Source: Eledone cirrhosa (lineage: Eukaryota). Taken from it: a stretch of 64,000 bases of DNA. Positions 1 to 12,799 of the stretch are shown here, piece after piece. A program made the position numbers and the translations under genes. The stretch is from contig OZ024745.1 of NCBI GenBank assembly GCA_964016885.1, positions 50,282,001-50,346,000 on the forward strand, written 5' to 3'. How positions within the stretch are numbered: position 1 is the stretch's first letter; the number at the start of each line of letters is the position of its first letter. A model generated the notes under the pieces. That model was not told the DNA's origin and did not search any database. It saw only the letters and a list, made by a program, of their open reading frames with translations.

Positions 1-24
1 AAAAGTTGACTTTCATAAACAATA

Positions 25-56
<32 letters not shown>

Positions 57-57
<1 letters not shown>

Positions 58-967
58 CTATATATATAAAACTGAGGATGTCTGTCCGTGTGTGTGTGAG
101 TTTGAATCCGTAAAACTCGAGAACCACCCAACCGACTGTTTTCAAACTTTACACATGTAATACTTATATTTCAGGGAGTGTTCTGAGCAAAAATAATTTC
201 AAATGTCAATGCCCTAGGGACTGCATTAGGCGATTTAGCGATATCTCTCTATAATTCTTAGTCTTTCTCTTTTTAGATAGATACATACATATAACGTGGC
301 GCCCTTATAATATATGTATGTCTGACTGTCTGCATTACGTCACTTCCCTGATGATGTCTGTGTGTGTGTGTCTGTCTGTGAGTTTGAATCCCTAAAACTC
401 GAGAAGTACCCAACCGATTTTTTTCAAACTTTACATGTGTATTACTTATGTTTCAGGGAGTGTTAGGCACATGAAAAATTCAATTTTTTGATCCCCAGGA
501 CCCGCATTAGTTGAAAAACTAGGTTTTTTCAGGTTTTTAGGTGTTTTTTTAGTCGTTACGTCAGACTGATTTCCTGGAAATTGTAACTATGTATTAGTCA
601 ATCTCTTCTTCATACCGTGAGCAAAGAAAATCTAACTTTTTAATGGTCTAGAGCCCCCCACCTTAGGTGAAAAACTTCATTTTTTCAGCTTTTTATGGCC
701 TTTTTGAGGCGTTACGTCTAGCCGATTTTCCCGAAATTTCAAGGCATATTATATACATAAAAAAAAATTCATTTTCTTGAAAATTAGGTGAAAACCTGCA
801 TTTTTCCTGCTTCATCGAGGAAAATCTTAAAGATTATCCAGCCATCAGAGTATTCGGTTTATTTTCTTTACATATTGTCCACGCATGCAGTTTTTCCACG
901 ATTAGGTCTGTTGGCGGCCCGCGTTCCATAATACCTTATCCCGTGCAACGCCGGGTACCACTGCTAG
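57..967 (+). mobile_element. Non-autonomous Helitron-like element (family H1)
   Basis: Begins A|TC (TCTATATATATAAAACTGAGG) and ends CTAG|T at 964-967. A subterminal hairpin CCCG-TGCAACGC-CGGG lies at 940-955. No TSD. Carries an internal ~110-bp duplication (about 77-185 vs 352-465). Confidence 0.75.
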
Positions 968-989
968 TATATATATACATTTATATAAG

Positions 990-1262
990 AAGGCGCGTAA
1001 CTTAGTGGTTAGAGTGTTTGGCTTACATTCGTGAGGTTGTGAGTTCGATTCCTGGACCGGGTGATGCTTTGTGCTCTTGAGCACGTTGTTCCAGTTCACT
1101 CAGCTGTAAAAATGAGTTGTGACAACACTTGTGCCAAGTCGTATCGGCCTTTTCCTTTTCCTTGGACAACATCAGTGATGTGGAGTGAGGTGACCGATAT
1201 GCATGGGTGACTGCTGATCTACCACAAACACACCTTGCCTAGGTTTGTATATATCTCGGAAT
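990..1262 (+). mobile_element. tRNA-derived SINE, family B (CORE/V-like middle), degenerate
   Basis: A-box-like CTTAGTGGTTAG and B-box GAGTTCGATTCC, followed by TGTGCTCTTGAGCA...CCAGTTCACTCAGCTG, which recurs at many sites in the window. Confidence 0.65.
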
Positions 1263-1433
1263 TGTACTTGTCTAGCAAGTGACTGTGGAGGTGTGCTGAA
1301 ACTAATGCGATTACATCCTAGAAAAGTCACTTTAGAAATTGTAAAACATAAAAAACTGTTAAATTTACTTTACATTTATTTCTTAGTGTCAACTTTTAGA
1401 CAAGGACAGAGTTCCTCTGATATGAGTCTCTCA

Positions 1434-1463
<30 letters not shown>

Positions 1464-1468
<5 letters not shown>

Positions 1469-1718
1469 TTTCATTTACCAGTAGTTTCTTGAAAGCCTCA
1501 CCTTCATATTTCTTATATTTTTGTTTTCAAATCCACATTCAATAAAAATACCAGGAATTTTTTATTCTGACGACTGAAAGCAGATTTGTTTGCTTTCAAG
1601 AAACCACTGGTAAATGAAATAATTATCTTATGATGTTTATTACATAACTATTAAGCTCTGTAACCTACATAGAGCACTCTTTTTTCCTGGACCTTTCCGA
1701 CGGAATTACTTCATTCAC

Positions 1719-1720
<2 letters not shown>
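1464..1720 (+). mobile_element. TA-flanked PLE-pLTR-like cassette, family A (contains HHR)
   Basis: Homologous to 2850-2960(-), 3330-3510(+), 3710-3880(+) and 5530-5800(-). It opens with a 33-nt inverted copy of its own HHR 3' half. Confidence 0.65.
1561..1618 (+). ncRNA. Type I hammerhead ribozyme motif (family A)
   Basis: TTTATT-CTGACGA-C-TGAAAGCA..TGCTTTCA-A-GAAA-CCACTGG-TA-AATGAA: core intact, stems I, II and III can pair, GUA cleavage triplet. Confidence 0.75.
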
Positions 1721-1784
<64 letters not shown>

Positions 1785-1798
1785 GCGTGTGTGTGTGC

Positions 1799-1835
<37 letters not shown>

Positions 1836-2231
1836 CAAGTGTACGTTTGTGTATGATGTGTGTGTATGCTTAAAAAATTCTTTGCCCACCATTATGCACC
1901 AAACGTAGTTTCAGATGATGATTGATGATCTTTCCATTCCCCCTTTAGCTCTTCTGTCCCTCTATCTCTTTCTCTCTTTGTGTCTCTCTTAATACTCACC
2001 CTATCCCCTTCCTCTTCCGTCTTTATCACTATACTCCCCTTTCCCTGGTAAGCGCCACTACGTGCAGTTGTCAGGTAAACAGATCTTCAACACCATGTAT
2101 GTTGCTGTCACGCATCAACTGTATAGATACTGTTAGGTACATACTGCAGTGTGTGCGTATATGTACGCACATACACACATATACATACGCACACACACAC
2201 ACTGAGAAGTGTGCTAGTAGCTGGATATAAC

Positions 2232-2304
<73 letters not shown>

Positions 2305-2339
2305 GTGTATATATATATATATGTATATATATCAAAAGG

Positions 2340-2790
2340 CATAGGGGCTCTTAACAGTCAATAGCCATCCAAAATCACCGGGAGAGATGACCCCTTAGCC
2401 TTTGTCAAGGCAGAATTCTAGGAGAAGGAAAACTCTGATATAACACCTGCAACCCTGATGGTATCCAATGATGTTGAATTGTTCTTCTTTTTGGTAAATA
2501 TCATCTTGGTTAAGAGAGTGGGACTGGCTTTGTGCAGTGCCTTTGCTCACTATAAAAGCTTCACAGCACAGGCATTGCTTTATATCTGGAGATCTCTCTG
2601 CACTTGTCGTCACATGGTACCATGGGCCCAGCACTATGTGTCAATAATTGTCACAAGTGTAGTGTTTGTACCAGAGTTTTCAAGTCGCTGGCTGGACTAA
2701 AAAGTCACACTCGTTCAGCGCATCGGTAGGAGTTCTCCTACATGGATATAAAGTAGTGGCCGTACTCGAAAACGAGTTGGCAGCCACCAT
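2340..2790 (+). mobile_element. Non-autonomous retroelement with (TGTA)n/(TA)n tail (family T1)
   Basis: Highly similar to 28041-28458(-), 31407-31921(+) and 41417-41917(-). The 3' end has the hairpin CTCG-AAAA-CGAG, then GCAGCCACC-ATGT. Confidence 0.75.
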
Positions 2791-2791
2791 G

Positions 2792-2850
<59 letters not shown>

Positions 2851-3035
2851 GTGTAAATGAAGTAATTCCATCGGAAAAGTCCAGGAAAAAAGAGTGCTCT
2901 ATGTAGGCAACAGAGCTTAATTATTATTATTATGTAATAAACAACATAAGGCAATTATTCTGTATATGTGTGTGTGTATGGCTATGTTTGTGTATGTGTA
3001 TGCTTGTACACACACAGATGTATGTGTATGTATGT

Positions 3036-3089
<54 letters not shown>

Positions 3090-3091
3090 AT

Positions 3092-3159
<68 letters not shown>

Positions 3160-3419
3160 AATGTATGTATGTGTATATGTGTATATATGTGTATGTAAGT
3201 CTACGTTTTATATATATGTGTATATGTATATATGTATGCGTACATATATATATGTATATATATATGTGTGTGTAAGTATGCTTTTGTGTTTTTGTGTGTG
3301 TGTTTGCATGTGTAGTTTTATTTTATTTTTCCTTTCCTTCTCCCTTCTCCAGCCTCACTTTCATATAGATTGCATTTTTGTTTTTTAAAATCCAAATTCA
3401 ATAAACAAACCAGGATTTT

Positions 3420-3477
3420 TTCATTCTGAGGATTGAAAGCAAAACCTTTTGCTTTTAAGAAACCACTGGTAAATGGA
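3420..3477 (+). ncRNA. Type I hammerhead ribozyme motif (family A)
   Basis: TTCATT-CTGAGGA-TTGAAAGCAAAA-CC-TTTTGCTTTTAA-GAAA-CCACTGG-TA-AATGGA. Confidence 0.78.
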
Positions 3478-3716
3478 ATAATTGCCTTATGTTGTTTATT
3501 ACATAATAATAATAATATATATATATATATATATATACATGTATATATATAATCAGTTACAACAGTGACATATACAGGAACTTAACTTTCGTTGGGTTGA
3601 TTATCCCAACTCATTTAGCCTGCCAACAACCCAACGAAACTTAGGTATCTGTTTATTGTAACTGATTATACATAACTTACCCTTGGATATTTATACTAAG
3701 TTTGTACTACAATTTA

Positions 3717-3778
3717 TTCTTTCTGACGACTGAAAACAGATATAAATATCTGTCTTCAAGAAACCACTGGTAAATGAA
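3717..3778 (+). ncRNA. Type I hammerhead ribozyme motif (family A, imperfect stem I)
   Basis: CTGACGA-C-TGAAAACAGATA..TATCTGTCTTCA-A-GAAA-CCACTGG-TA-AATGAA. Stem II sequence differs from the other copies but still pairs. Confidence 0.65.
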
Positions 3779-3881
3779 TTAATTATCTTATGTTGTTTAT
3801 TACATAACTAAAAAGCTCTGTAGCCTACATACACCACTCTCTTTTCCTTTACCTTTCCTACGGAAATACTTCATTTATATA

Positions 3882-3998
<117 letters not shown>

Positions 3999-4025
3999 AT
4001 AATAATAAAATTGAACTTTTTTATA

Positions 4026-4090
<65 letters not shown>

Positions 4091-4133
4091 ATAATAATAA
4101 AATATAGTAATAATAATAAAATTGGACTTTGTT

Positions 4134-4184
4134 AGTTTCAGAAGATCCCGTTAAGGGTGAAAGCAGCGATTCTTTGCTTAAACT
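4134..4184 (+). ncRNA. Hammerhead-like motif with CAGAAGA core variant
   Basis: AGTTT-CAGAAGA-T-CCC-GTTAA-GGG-T-GAAA-GCAG..TTGC-TT-AAACT. A homologous copy at 56047-56097 has the same core change. Confidence 0.5.
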
Positions 4185-4200
4185 TTAATCTGTTATTTTA

Positions 4201-4276
<76 letters not shown>

Positions 4277-4284
<8 letters not shown>

Positions 4285-4813
4285 AAATGGCGTGCTGCGT
4301 GGTTGTAAATGGGTTACATATGAATAAAATTAGTCCTTCATCGGTGATCTTCCAGCCTTCATTGGTATTTCATCGCATTAAAGATCATATACCTCTGGTT
4401 GGTGCAAGCAACGGATAAAGAAATTCGTTGGGACACGTAAATAGAGGGAATGAGCGAACATGTAAACAAACAAAGATGGTAATGCAACGAAAAGTGAGGA
4501 AGACGGAGTCAAGTCCCTGGAATCGATGAACATAAGTTCTGTGAAATCGTAGACGAGAGATAAAGACCATCTAACCTGGTTGAAATGTGAGCGAGAAAAG
4601 GATTTCGCACAAGTCAAACGGGAGGAAGTGATGGAGAGGGAGTAGCAGAGAGTGAGTGAGTGAAAGTGTGAGGAAGAGACTAACTGAGAGAGTGACAGGC
4701 AGAGGGGGTAAAAAGAAAGTGAGAGATACAGAGAAAGGAGAAGCACTGATGAAGGACTAATTTTATTCATATGTAACCCATTTGCAACCACGCAGCACGC
4801 CATTTTTTCATAT
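4277..4813. mobile_element. TA-flanked repeat with ~70-bp inverted termini (family F)
   Basis: 4277-4346 is the near-perfect reverse complement of 4744-4813. The body is homologous to about 16165-16560. Confidence 0.6.
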
Positions 4814-5087
4814 ATTTATATATTTTCCTCCGTTGCGACCCGTCTGTTTCTTTCTTACTGCTTCTCCTTTCTCTGTCTCTCACTTTCTAGTTTTCACCCG
4901 AAAAGTCATTTTTTCAGATAAAAACTTTTTATGTCTTATATAATTTTCTCTTAAATTAAAAACTTGTTCAGACTTATTCTTGATATTAGAAGGATAAGTG
5001 ACAATAAATATAATGGGGAAGGCAACTTGCAAAGCTGGGGACAGAGCGCAGGTATAGGGCAAACACCTATTTTTCGCTGTAGGAGTA

Positions 5088-5140
<53 letters not shown>

Positions 5141-5345
5141 TCTCCCATGTGTAGAGAAAAAATCCGCTGTATACCTAGCTGCTATTTTTAGTAGTGTGGC
5201 AGATAACACGTCTATGCTACTCCCGCTTCTACTAACGACCAGTTCACATGTAGGTCACGTTTACGGCCCCATTCGATCCTGCACTAGCTGGGTGAAGGCA
5301 ATATATTTGCCGGCTGTGGAACTATATGTGCTATGTAAGGGAAAA

Positions 5346-5426
5346 TGCTTTCTGAAGAGCCGAACTTTCCATTGGAAGTCCCTTGGATTTCCAATCTTTT
5401 GTGAGGCGAAACCGTCGGTAAAAGCA
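5346..5426 (+). ncRNA. Type I hammerhead ribozyme motif with extended stem II
   Basis: TGCTTT-CTGAAGA-GCC...(ATTGGAAGTCC/GGATTTCCAAT hairpin)...GGC-GAAA-CCGTCGG-TA-AAAGCA. Perfect 6-bp stem I and canonical G10.1-C11.1 pair. Confidence 0.8.
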
Positions 5427-5629
5427 ATATGGATAGGTAAATATTTAAATTATATTTTTTGAATTTATTTTGAAGGATTGTTTGTATTTTGCTTGTTCCG
5501 CTCATCTCAATTTTATATATATATATATAAATGTGTGAAGTAATTCCGTCGGAAAGGTCCAGGAAAAAAGAGTGCTCTATGTAGGTTACAGAGCTTATTA
5601 GTTATGTAATAAACAACATAAGATAATTA

Positions 5630-5690
5630 TTTCATTTACCAGTGGTTTCTTGAAAGCAAGCAAAATTTGCTTTCAGTCATCAGAATGAAA
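5630..5690 (-). ncRNA. Type I hammerhead ribozyme motif (family A)
   Basis: Reverse complement reads TTTCATT-CTGATGA-C-TGAAAGCAA..TTGCTTTCA-A-GAAA-CCACTGG-TA-AATGAAA, with a perfect 7-bp stem I. Confidence 0.8.
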
Positions 5691-5814
5691 AAATCCTGGT
5701 GTATTTATTGACTTTGGATTTTAAAAACAAAAACAAAAATATAATCTATATGAAAGTGAGGCTGGAAAAGGAAGAAAGAAAGGAAAAAGAATAAATATAA
5801 AAGTAAATAAACAC

Positions 5815-5949
<135 letters not shown>

Positions 5950-5950
5950 C

Positions 5951-6083
<133 letters not shown>

Positions 6084-6258
6084 AGTTACAAACGAAACGA
6101 AATTTAATTTCGTTTCGTTATTTGTTTTTATCGTTTCCGCTGAACCGGTGCGTACTCACGTTCTATGCAAATTAGTCTGCCCACTACTAATTTTCATAGA
6201 AAAAGCATATAACGATATGTGCTTTTATGATTCTCTAGAGAGGCCGGAAGATGGGTAT

Positions 6259-6301
6259 ATATTGCTGATGAGATGTAATAACATCGAAACTAGTCCAATA
6301 T
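6259..6301 (+). ncRNA. Minimal type I hammerhead ribozyme (canonical)
   Basis: ATATTG-CTGATGA-GATGT-AATA-ACATC-GAAA-CTAG-TC-CAATAT. Stems I and II are perfect, stem III is the palindrome ACTAGT, and predicted GUC cleavage falls after 6295. Confidence 0.88.
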
Positions 6302-6519
6302 TCCTGTCTGGCTCTCTGGAGAATAGAGGAAAGGTGTTTCCTTGAAAACCAGTATGACTCTAAAAACCGGTTTGTCTGTTTGGTTACATACAGACTAGCT
6401 GGACACTCACAGTAAAGTGTCCAGTAAAAAACTCGGTACATGTACATATGTATACGTGTGTGTATTTATATGCATACTAGTATTTCAGTATACATATGTG
6501 GATGTACACTTTTAACTTA

Positions 6520-6570
<51 letters not shown>

Positions 6571-6953
6571 ATACATACACATACACATAAATACACAAAC
6601 ACACACATATATATATATATACACACATACACATATATATACACACACGTACATACACACACATACATACACACATATATACACGCATACATACGCACAC
6701 ACATATATAGATATATATACACACACCTACATACGCACACACACAATTAATTATAAGAAAAAATAAAAAAACAATGAACAAACATATAATGCAATAGGCC
6801 GTCACATAAAAATAAAAAATATACGACTTAAGAAATAAAAATTATTATAAAGTTGACAGCGATATAGGAAAGGACACAAATAAATCAACAAACACACGTG
6901 GTAAGCAATACACATACACATACATACATATAAATATATACATACACACACAC

Positions 6954-7001
<48 letters not shown>

Positions 7002-7029
7002 GATCGATAGACTTTCGTCAAATCGGACC

Positions 7030-7212
7030 GAGGAAACAATGTTTCCGTCGGTCTTTCCAATTGCTAATACTATCTATCGGTCGCAACTCCAGGTAGAAGG
7101 AGCAACGTGAAATAAAGTGTCTTGCTCAAGGACATAACGCATCACGGTCGGTCCAGGAATCGAACTCACAACCTCACGATTGCGTATCCAATTCTCTAAC
7201 CACTCAGCCACA
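7030..7212 (-). mobile_element. tRNA-derived SINE, family B, partial
   Basis: GGAGCAACGTGAAATAAAGTGTCTTGCTCAAGGAC and GGAATCGAACTC (B-box) in reverse orientation. Confidence 0.65.
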
Positions 7213-7396
7213 CATATATATATATATATTTAAAAGTTAAACAAGGTTCAATGAATAAATCAAAGTTTTACAATAGATTGGAAGCACTCAACTCTTTCTT
7301 TGATTTATTCATTGAACCTTGTTTAACTTTTAAATATATCTAGCTCCCAGCAGGTTGAGCGCTTTTCTCTACAATAGATTGCATATTTTATAAATA

Positions 7397-9547
7397 ATGG
7401 GATTCTTCACCTTCCCGACATCTCTCAAGGATATACCTATCCCATCTAATGAAGAATACACGGGGAAACTTATAGAGCAAACAAACTCTTTTATAAGAAG
7501 AGTGAGATGGCGCGCATTTCATTTCGATAAAGCTAAAAGAAAAACCAACAGCAATTATTTCGAAGCTATCTTTAAATCCAGAAAGAATCCTCCATACAAC
7601 AAACTCCTGGAGGATTTTGAAACTGAAATGCTCAATATACTTAAGAAAATTAAATTCAGGAAAAACCCATATATAGGTCACCAATACCTTAGAACTTTAA
7701 AAGAAAAAATCTCAGATATAAAAAAAGTTAATAAAATATTGGTAAAATCTGACAAAACAAATAATTTATATGGGATAAATAAAGAAGAATATAATGATTT
7801 GATTTTAAAAGAACTAAGGAAAAATTATAAAAAGCCCCGGCCGAAGATCTTACAGACATCAATAATGATGCATATAAATTAATTGCAAAATTAGGAATTG
7901 AGGAAGAACCGAGCCTCTTATACCTAGACAGCCGAGGATTAATTTTAAAGATCACAAAAGAAACTTTGAGGAAGACCTGCCAGTTAGACTGATTGCTCCA
8001 TCTAAATCGGATATTGGAGTAATCAGTAAGAATATTATTGATAGAATTGTACCTATTTTGAAATTGAGGTCTAAATTGAGCTTGTGGAAGGATACCAATG
8101 AAGTGATTGATTGGTATAAAAATATAGATGATAAGAAAAACCATAAATTCATCTAGATGGACATAACAAGCTATTACTCTTCCATTACGCCTAACCTACT
8201 AAATAAGGCTTTATCCTACGCTTACAAACACACAGATCTAACTACGGACGAAATCAATATAATATTAACTGCTAGAAGAACTCTAATTAATTTCAACAAT
8301 GAGTATTGGACCCGCTCAGATAGAAACAGAAACTTCGACATTACCATGGGATCATCGGACTCAGCGCAAGTGACGGATCATCTGGGGATTTTCATCTTAA
8401 ATATGATAAATAGAAAACTGCCGGAGATTACCGGTGGTTTATATAGGGACGATATTTTATTTACGGTTGTTAAACACAGCAATACAGAACTAAATAGGGT
8501 AAAGAAAAATATAATTGAATTTTTTAAAAATTACGACCTTAAATTAGAGGTAGAAAGTGGTTCCAAAATAGTTAATTTCCTTGATGTTACCCTTAACTTA
8601 AACTCTGGTTTTTATTACCCTTTCCATAAGCCCAATGAAAACTTAAATTACGATAGTTATTACTCTAATCACCCTAAATCTGTGAAAAATGCAATTGTCA
8701 ATAGTGTACAGAAACGCATAACTAGAATATCTGCCAATAAATCAATATTTGATGAAAAAGCAGGATATTACAATGATGTGCTAAGAAAGGCAGGTTATAA
8801 AAATAATATAGAATATATAGACAATAATAATTCGAATCTTAATCCTGATAAAAATAATAATAATATGACTGGCATGTATAAACGAAATTCTAAAAATTAT
8901 AATTCAAACACCTGTACTGTGAATAAATCGGGGAAAAGAACCAGAACTAAATCAGTTATATGGTCCCCCCCCCCTCCCCTGCTTCTTATTCTACAACTAT
9001 GAATATGGCCCAAAACATCGCTAAACTAAATAGTAGAATTCTAAACCAAAATCAGCATAATGGTGTTAATAATAGTGTTAATATAAATAATAATAAATCG
9101 AAATGTAATTGTAGAAATAAATCAGATTGCCCTCTGCAAAATAATTGTCTGGATAGAAATTTGGTGTATAAATGCACCGTAAAAACAAATAACAACACAT
9201 ACAACTACATAGGGGCAACTTCTTCGACATTTAAATCGAGATTTGCGAATCAAAAATGCTCGTTTTCGAATTTTAATAGGAAGTCTTCGACTTCTTTATC
9301 ACAACTTATATGGTCATTAAAAGACAAAAATTTAAAATACTCGATTTTTTTGACGAAGCTTTGTAGTAGTAGAATCTACTCGAACTCGTCTATATAAACT
9401 AACTGCAACCTCTGCACAAAGTAGACCCTATTAATAATTACTAATTATGAAAACTTAATTAACAAAAGAACTGAATTATTCTCAAACTGCCTTCATAAAG
9501 CTTTGTCTACATTCCAAGCCTCGCAAGAAGTCAGGAAAAAACACTAA
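7397..9547 (+). pseudogene. Frameshifted PLE reverse transcriptase/GIY-YIG endonuclease ORF
   Basis: Motifs SLKDIPIPS..FIRRVRWRA, DITSYYSSI, ITMGSSDSAQV, LYRDD, VNFLDVTL, CNCRNKSDCPL (CxCx5C) and NLVYKC..YIGAT..FKSR, broken by several frameshifts and stops. Confidence 0.88.
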
Positions 9548-11121
9548 ACAAAAAAGGTTTTAATTTTTGACGTCTCTTATCAACTGTTGGACCTAAAACG
9601 TTATAACAGTTTATAAAACTTTAATAATACTTTATTTTCTAATCATGTATGATAGAATTAATGTTAGAATGAAGCATCCTGTTTAGGTATATAAACATAT
9701 TATTTGTTAACTTGTTCTCTTGATAAATATGCACAGCTTTGGATTATTTTAGATATTTATAATTTAGATACGGATCTTTATATATTTGTCTCTGTTTTAA
9801 ATATATAATTTGGATATTTAACTTGTAAGATTACCGGTTATAATTGAACCGTAGATCATTCTTGCATTTATATATTTTACTCATTTTGGATATGTTTTGG
9901 GACTCAGAAAGTTAGATTTGCACATATATATTTTTTATATATATCTAGGTATAAATATAACAAACCATACTAGTCGACAAATATTGGGCTCTCTTTCCAC
10001 TGAACTGGAGGTAAAACTATAATGGACATTTTAGAAGTATCTTTTGTCTACTATATATTAAAACCCTCTTGCATTTTAAACTATATTTTTAATATTGGGC
10101 ATTTTTTATGTTTCGCAAACAATTCATTATTTTTTCACTTTTTATCTTGTATCTAGCCTTAGGACTCATGTCATTTTGACTTATATATTTATAGTATATA
10201 TCTATTAAATGATCCTTTTACAATAATTGATCTAAAACATTAATTTTTAACAATATTTTCAGTAACCTATTTACTATATTGTATTATGTTATGTATATTT
10301 GAAAGGTATCATCTTAAGTCTTTAGACAATATAATCTTTGTGTATTTTCTTTGATAAACAGATATATGTAATTTAAAATTCAGACCTCTTTAAGTTTAAT
10401 TATAAGACCTGTTGATCCTTTAGGCACTCAAATTGTTAATAATAAATTCTTTAAAAATTATAACTGTAATTATTTTCTAAATTATATTATATAAACTGTT
10501 GTCAATATTATAAATAATTTTGGTAAAGTTTACCTTCGTGAGGTTGTAAAAACATTATGTTTTCTTTCTCGTGTTTGTAAATCCTTTAAATTTGACTTCA
10601 TAAAATTTTATTTTAGAAATGAAACTTGATAGTATACCTTAATATTAATACAGATACCTATTAACTTTTAAAACCTAAAATATTATTCATTACTCTGAAC
10701 TAACTTAAATTAAATATTTTGAATATTAACGGTCAACCAAATAAGTTTAGATATATATTGTATATATGGATAATTGTCTAAAAACTTGAACATAAGTTAT
10801 TCCTCTTTGTGTCTCTCTCTCTGTAATCAACTCTCTTTTGTTTTTCGAGGCCCCTACTAACTATATTATCGCATCAGCTGTTTCTTCCTCTATGCTTTCC
10901 TTTCTTTCCTCTTTCTTCAGTAATTTAAATTATTTAACAGTTATATTGATGCCAAGTATTTTTTAAGCTGTCTCACACGCACCCTCTCTATTGTATGTAT
11001 TATATATTTTTCTCATGTTCTCAATATTAAGGTATATAAATATTGAGTTTTGTCATATATTACTCACTACCATGACTGAATCTTAACCATCTACTGTGTC
11101 AGGGTATGTCATGCATCATCT

Positions 11122-11188
11122 TATTTTATCTGATGAGGACGTACTGTTGAAGTTAACTCAGTACCTCTGAAATATGTATAATAAAATA
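11122..11188 (+). ncRNA. Type I hammerhead ribozyme motif in the PLE pLTR
   Basis: TATTTTAT-CTGATGA-GGAC-GTACTG..CAGTAC-CTCT-GAAA-TATGTA-TA-ATAAAATA, with an 8-bp stem I. Confidence 0.72.
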
Positions 11189-11512
11189 TACTTGATCACA
11201 AGAATATCTATTTTGTTAATATTTTGAATTTATATATATATATATAAGAAAATACAAAAAATATTATATATATATATATAAATAAAAAGGTGGAAGGGGT
11301 AAACAAATAGTTGGGAACACGACAAATAATAAATAAATAAATAAATAAATAAACGTATAAATGTTTATAGCTGATTTAGAGCACTCAACAAGTTCCTGGA
11401 GCAAATAATCAATGAAAATAAACATTAAATCACTCTGTATGTAATTATGCATATACATACAGATATATACATACACACACACATGCAACCATACAAATAT
11501 ATATATATACAC

Positions 11513-11547
<35 letters not shown>

Positions 11548-11593
11548 GGAAAAAGTATGACTCCGACGGCAGACCTCAAGCCGTTTCGACAGC

Positions 11594-11742
<149 letters not shown>

Positions 11743-12144
11743 CATATACATACAGATATATATATATATATATATATACATACATATACATACAGATATA
11801 TATAATGATTATATACACATATATACATACATATATATACACATATACACAACACATACATACACACAGAAATAAATATCTATAAATAAAAAAGGTGGGT
11901 ATGTAAAGGGTAAGGTAGAAAGTAGGGGGATTAAGGAAAATAAATAACATAGGAAAGAGTTTAAATATAAGGGGAGATAAGGAAGAAAAAGTATATAAGG
12001 GTACAGAAAGTGAGTTCAGAGAGTAATAAAAATCGTAGTGGATGTTCAAGGTGTTTGTGTCATCGTAGGAATGTCAATCCAGTTACAGAACAGATGTGAT
12101 TTCAGGTGAGGACAACATCTGAAGATCTCGGTCTTGGAGTTCAG

Positions 12145-12240
<96 letters not shown>

Positions 12241-12285
12241 CGTAAAATAAGAAAATTATAAAATTAACTTACTTACTAAAAAATC

Positions 12286-12367
12286 ACTTCCAACTAATTA
12301 GTTTCTGGAATGGAGTAAATATATTTTCCGAAGAAACATATTTACTCCATTCCGTCATCAGGAAAGT
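12286..12367 (-). ncRNA. Type I hammerhead ribozyme motif (family B)
   Basis: Reverse complement reads ACTTTC-CTGATGA-C-GGAATGGAGTAAATAT..ATATTTACTCCATTCC-A-GAAA-CTAATTAG-TT-GGAAGT. Stem III is the palindrome ACTAATTAGT. Confidence 0.75.
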
Positions 12368-12716
12368 CTTTTTCCGTATAGGTCTTCAGGCATAGCGAGG
12401 ACACTGGAAACTTATTAAAAAAATAATTCAGTGGAATGGAAATAGCGATGCGTGGACTGGAATCCAAGCCATTGAGAAAATCACTGCCTCTACGTCTGTG
12501 GCAAATTCAAAAAGAATCAATCACGTGACATCGAGGTCAATCAGTGGAAAGCGAGTGGTTATTAAGACAGCGGCCAGCTTACTACCATAGTAGCAGTCAT
12601 GGCCAAATATTGCTCGACAAATGAATTGGAGATAATTATAAGGAATTTATATCTGAATTATTTTTTTAATAAGTTTCCAGTGTCCTCGCTATGCCTGGAG
12701 ACCTATACGGAAAAAG

Positions 12717-12799
12717 ACTTTCCTGATGACGGAATGATTTTCTATATGTTTCTTCGGAAAATATATTTACTCCATTCCAGAAACTAATTAGTTGGAAGT
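12717..12799 (+). ncRNA. Type I hammerhead ribozyme motif (family B)
   Basis: Same core as 12286-12367, but the 5' arm of stem II is partly mismatched. Confidence 0.7.

Larger units (their letters stand above)
7223..11230 (+). mobile_element. Near-full-length Penelope-like retroelement (C-terminal GIY-YIG), inactivated
   Basis: RT plus GIY-YIG ORF at 7397-9547, an inverted terminal segment at the 5' end (7223-7266 vs 7297-7338), a long AT-rich 3' region and an HHR at 11122-11188. The solo copy at 33268-33515 joins the 3' and 5' terminal sequences into one pLTR. Flanked by (TA)n. Confidence 0.85.

Noticed and set aside
990-1060. tRNA gene
   Set aside because: The A/B boxes belong to SINE heads. 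There is no complete cloverleaf and the sequence continues into the SINE body; the same holds for the other copies.
2458-2700. 80-aa ORF (MVSNDV..) and its overlapping antisense 79-aa ORF, recurring in up to four places
   Set aside because: Recurrence follows from near-identical T1 repeat copies. Differences include many amino-acid changes, no domain is recognisable, and the related T2 subfamily does not keep the ORF.
4744-4790. CTGATGAAGGAC as a hammerhead start
   Set aside because: No closing stem II or GAAA in type I, II or III arrangement.
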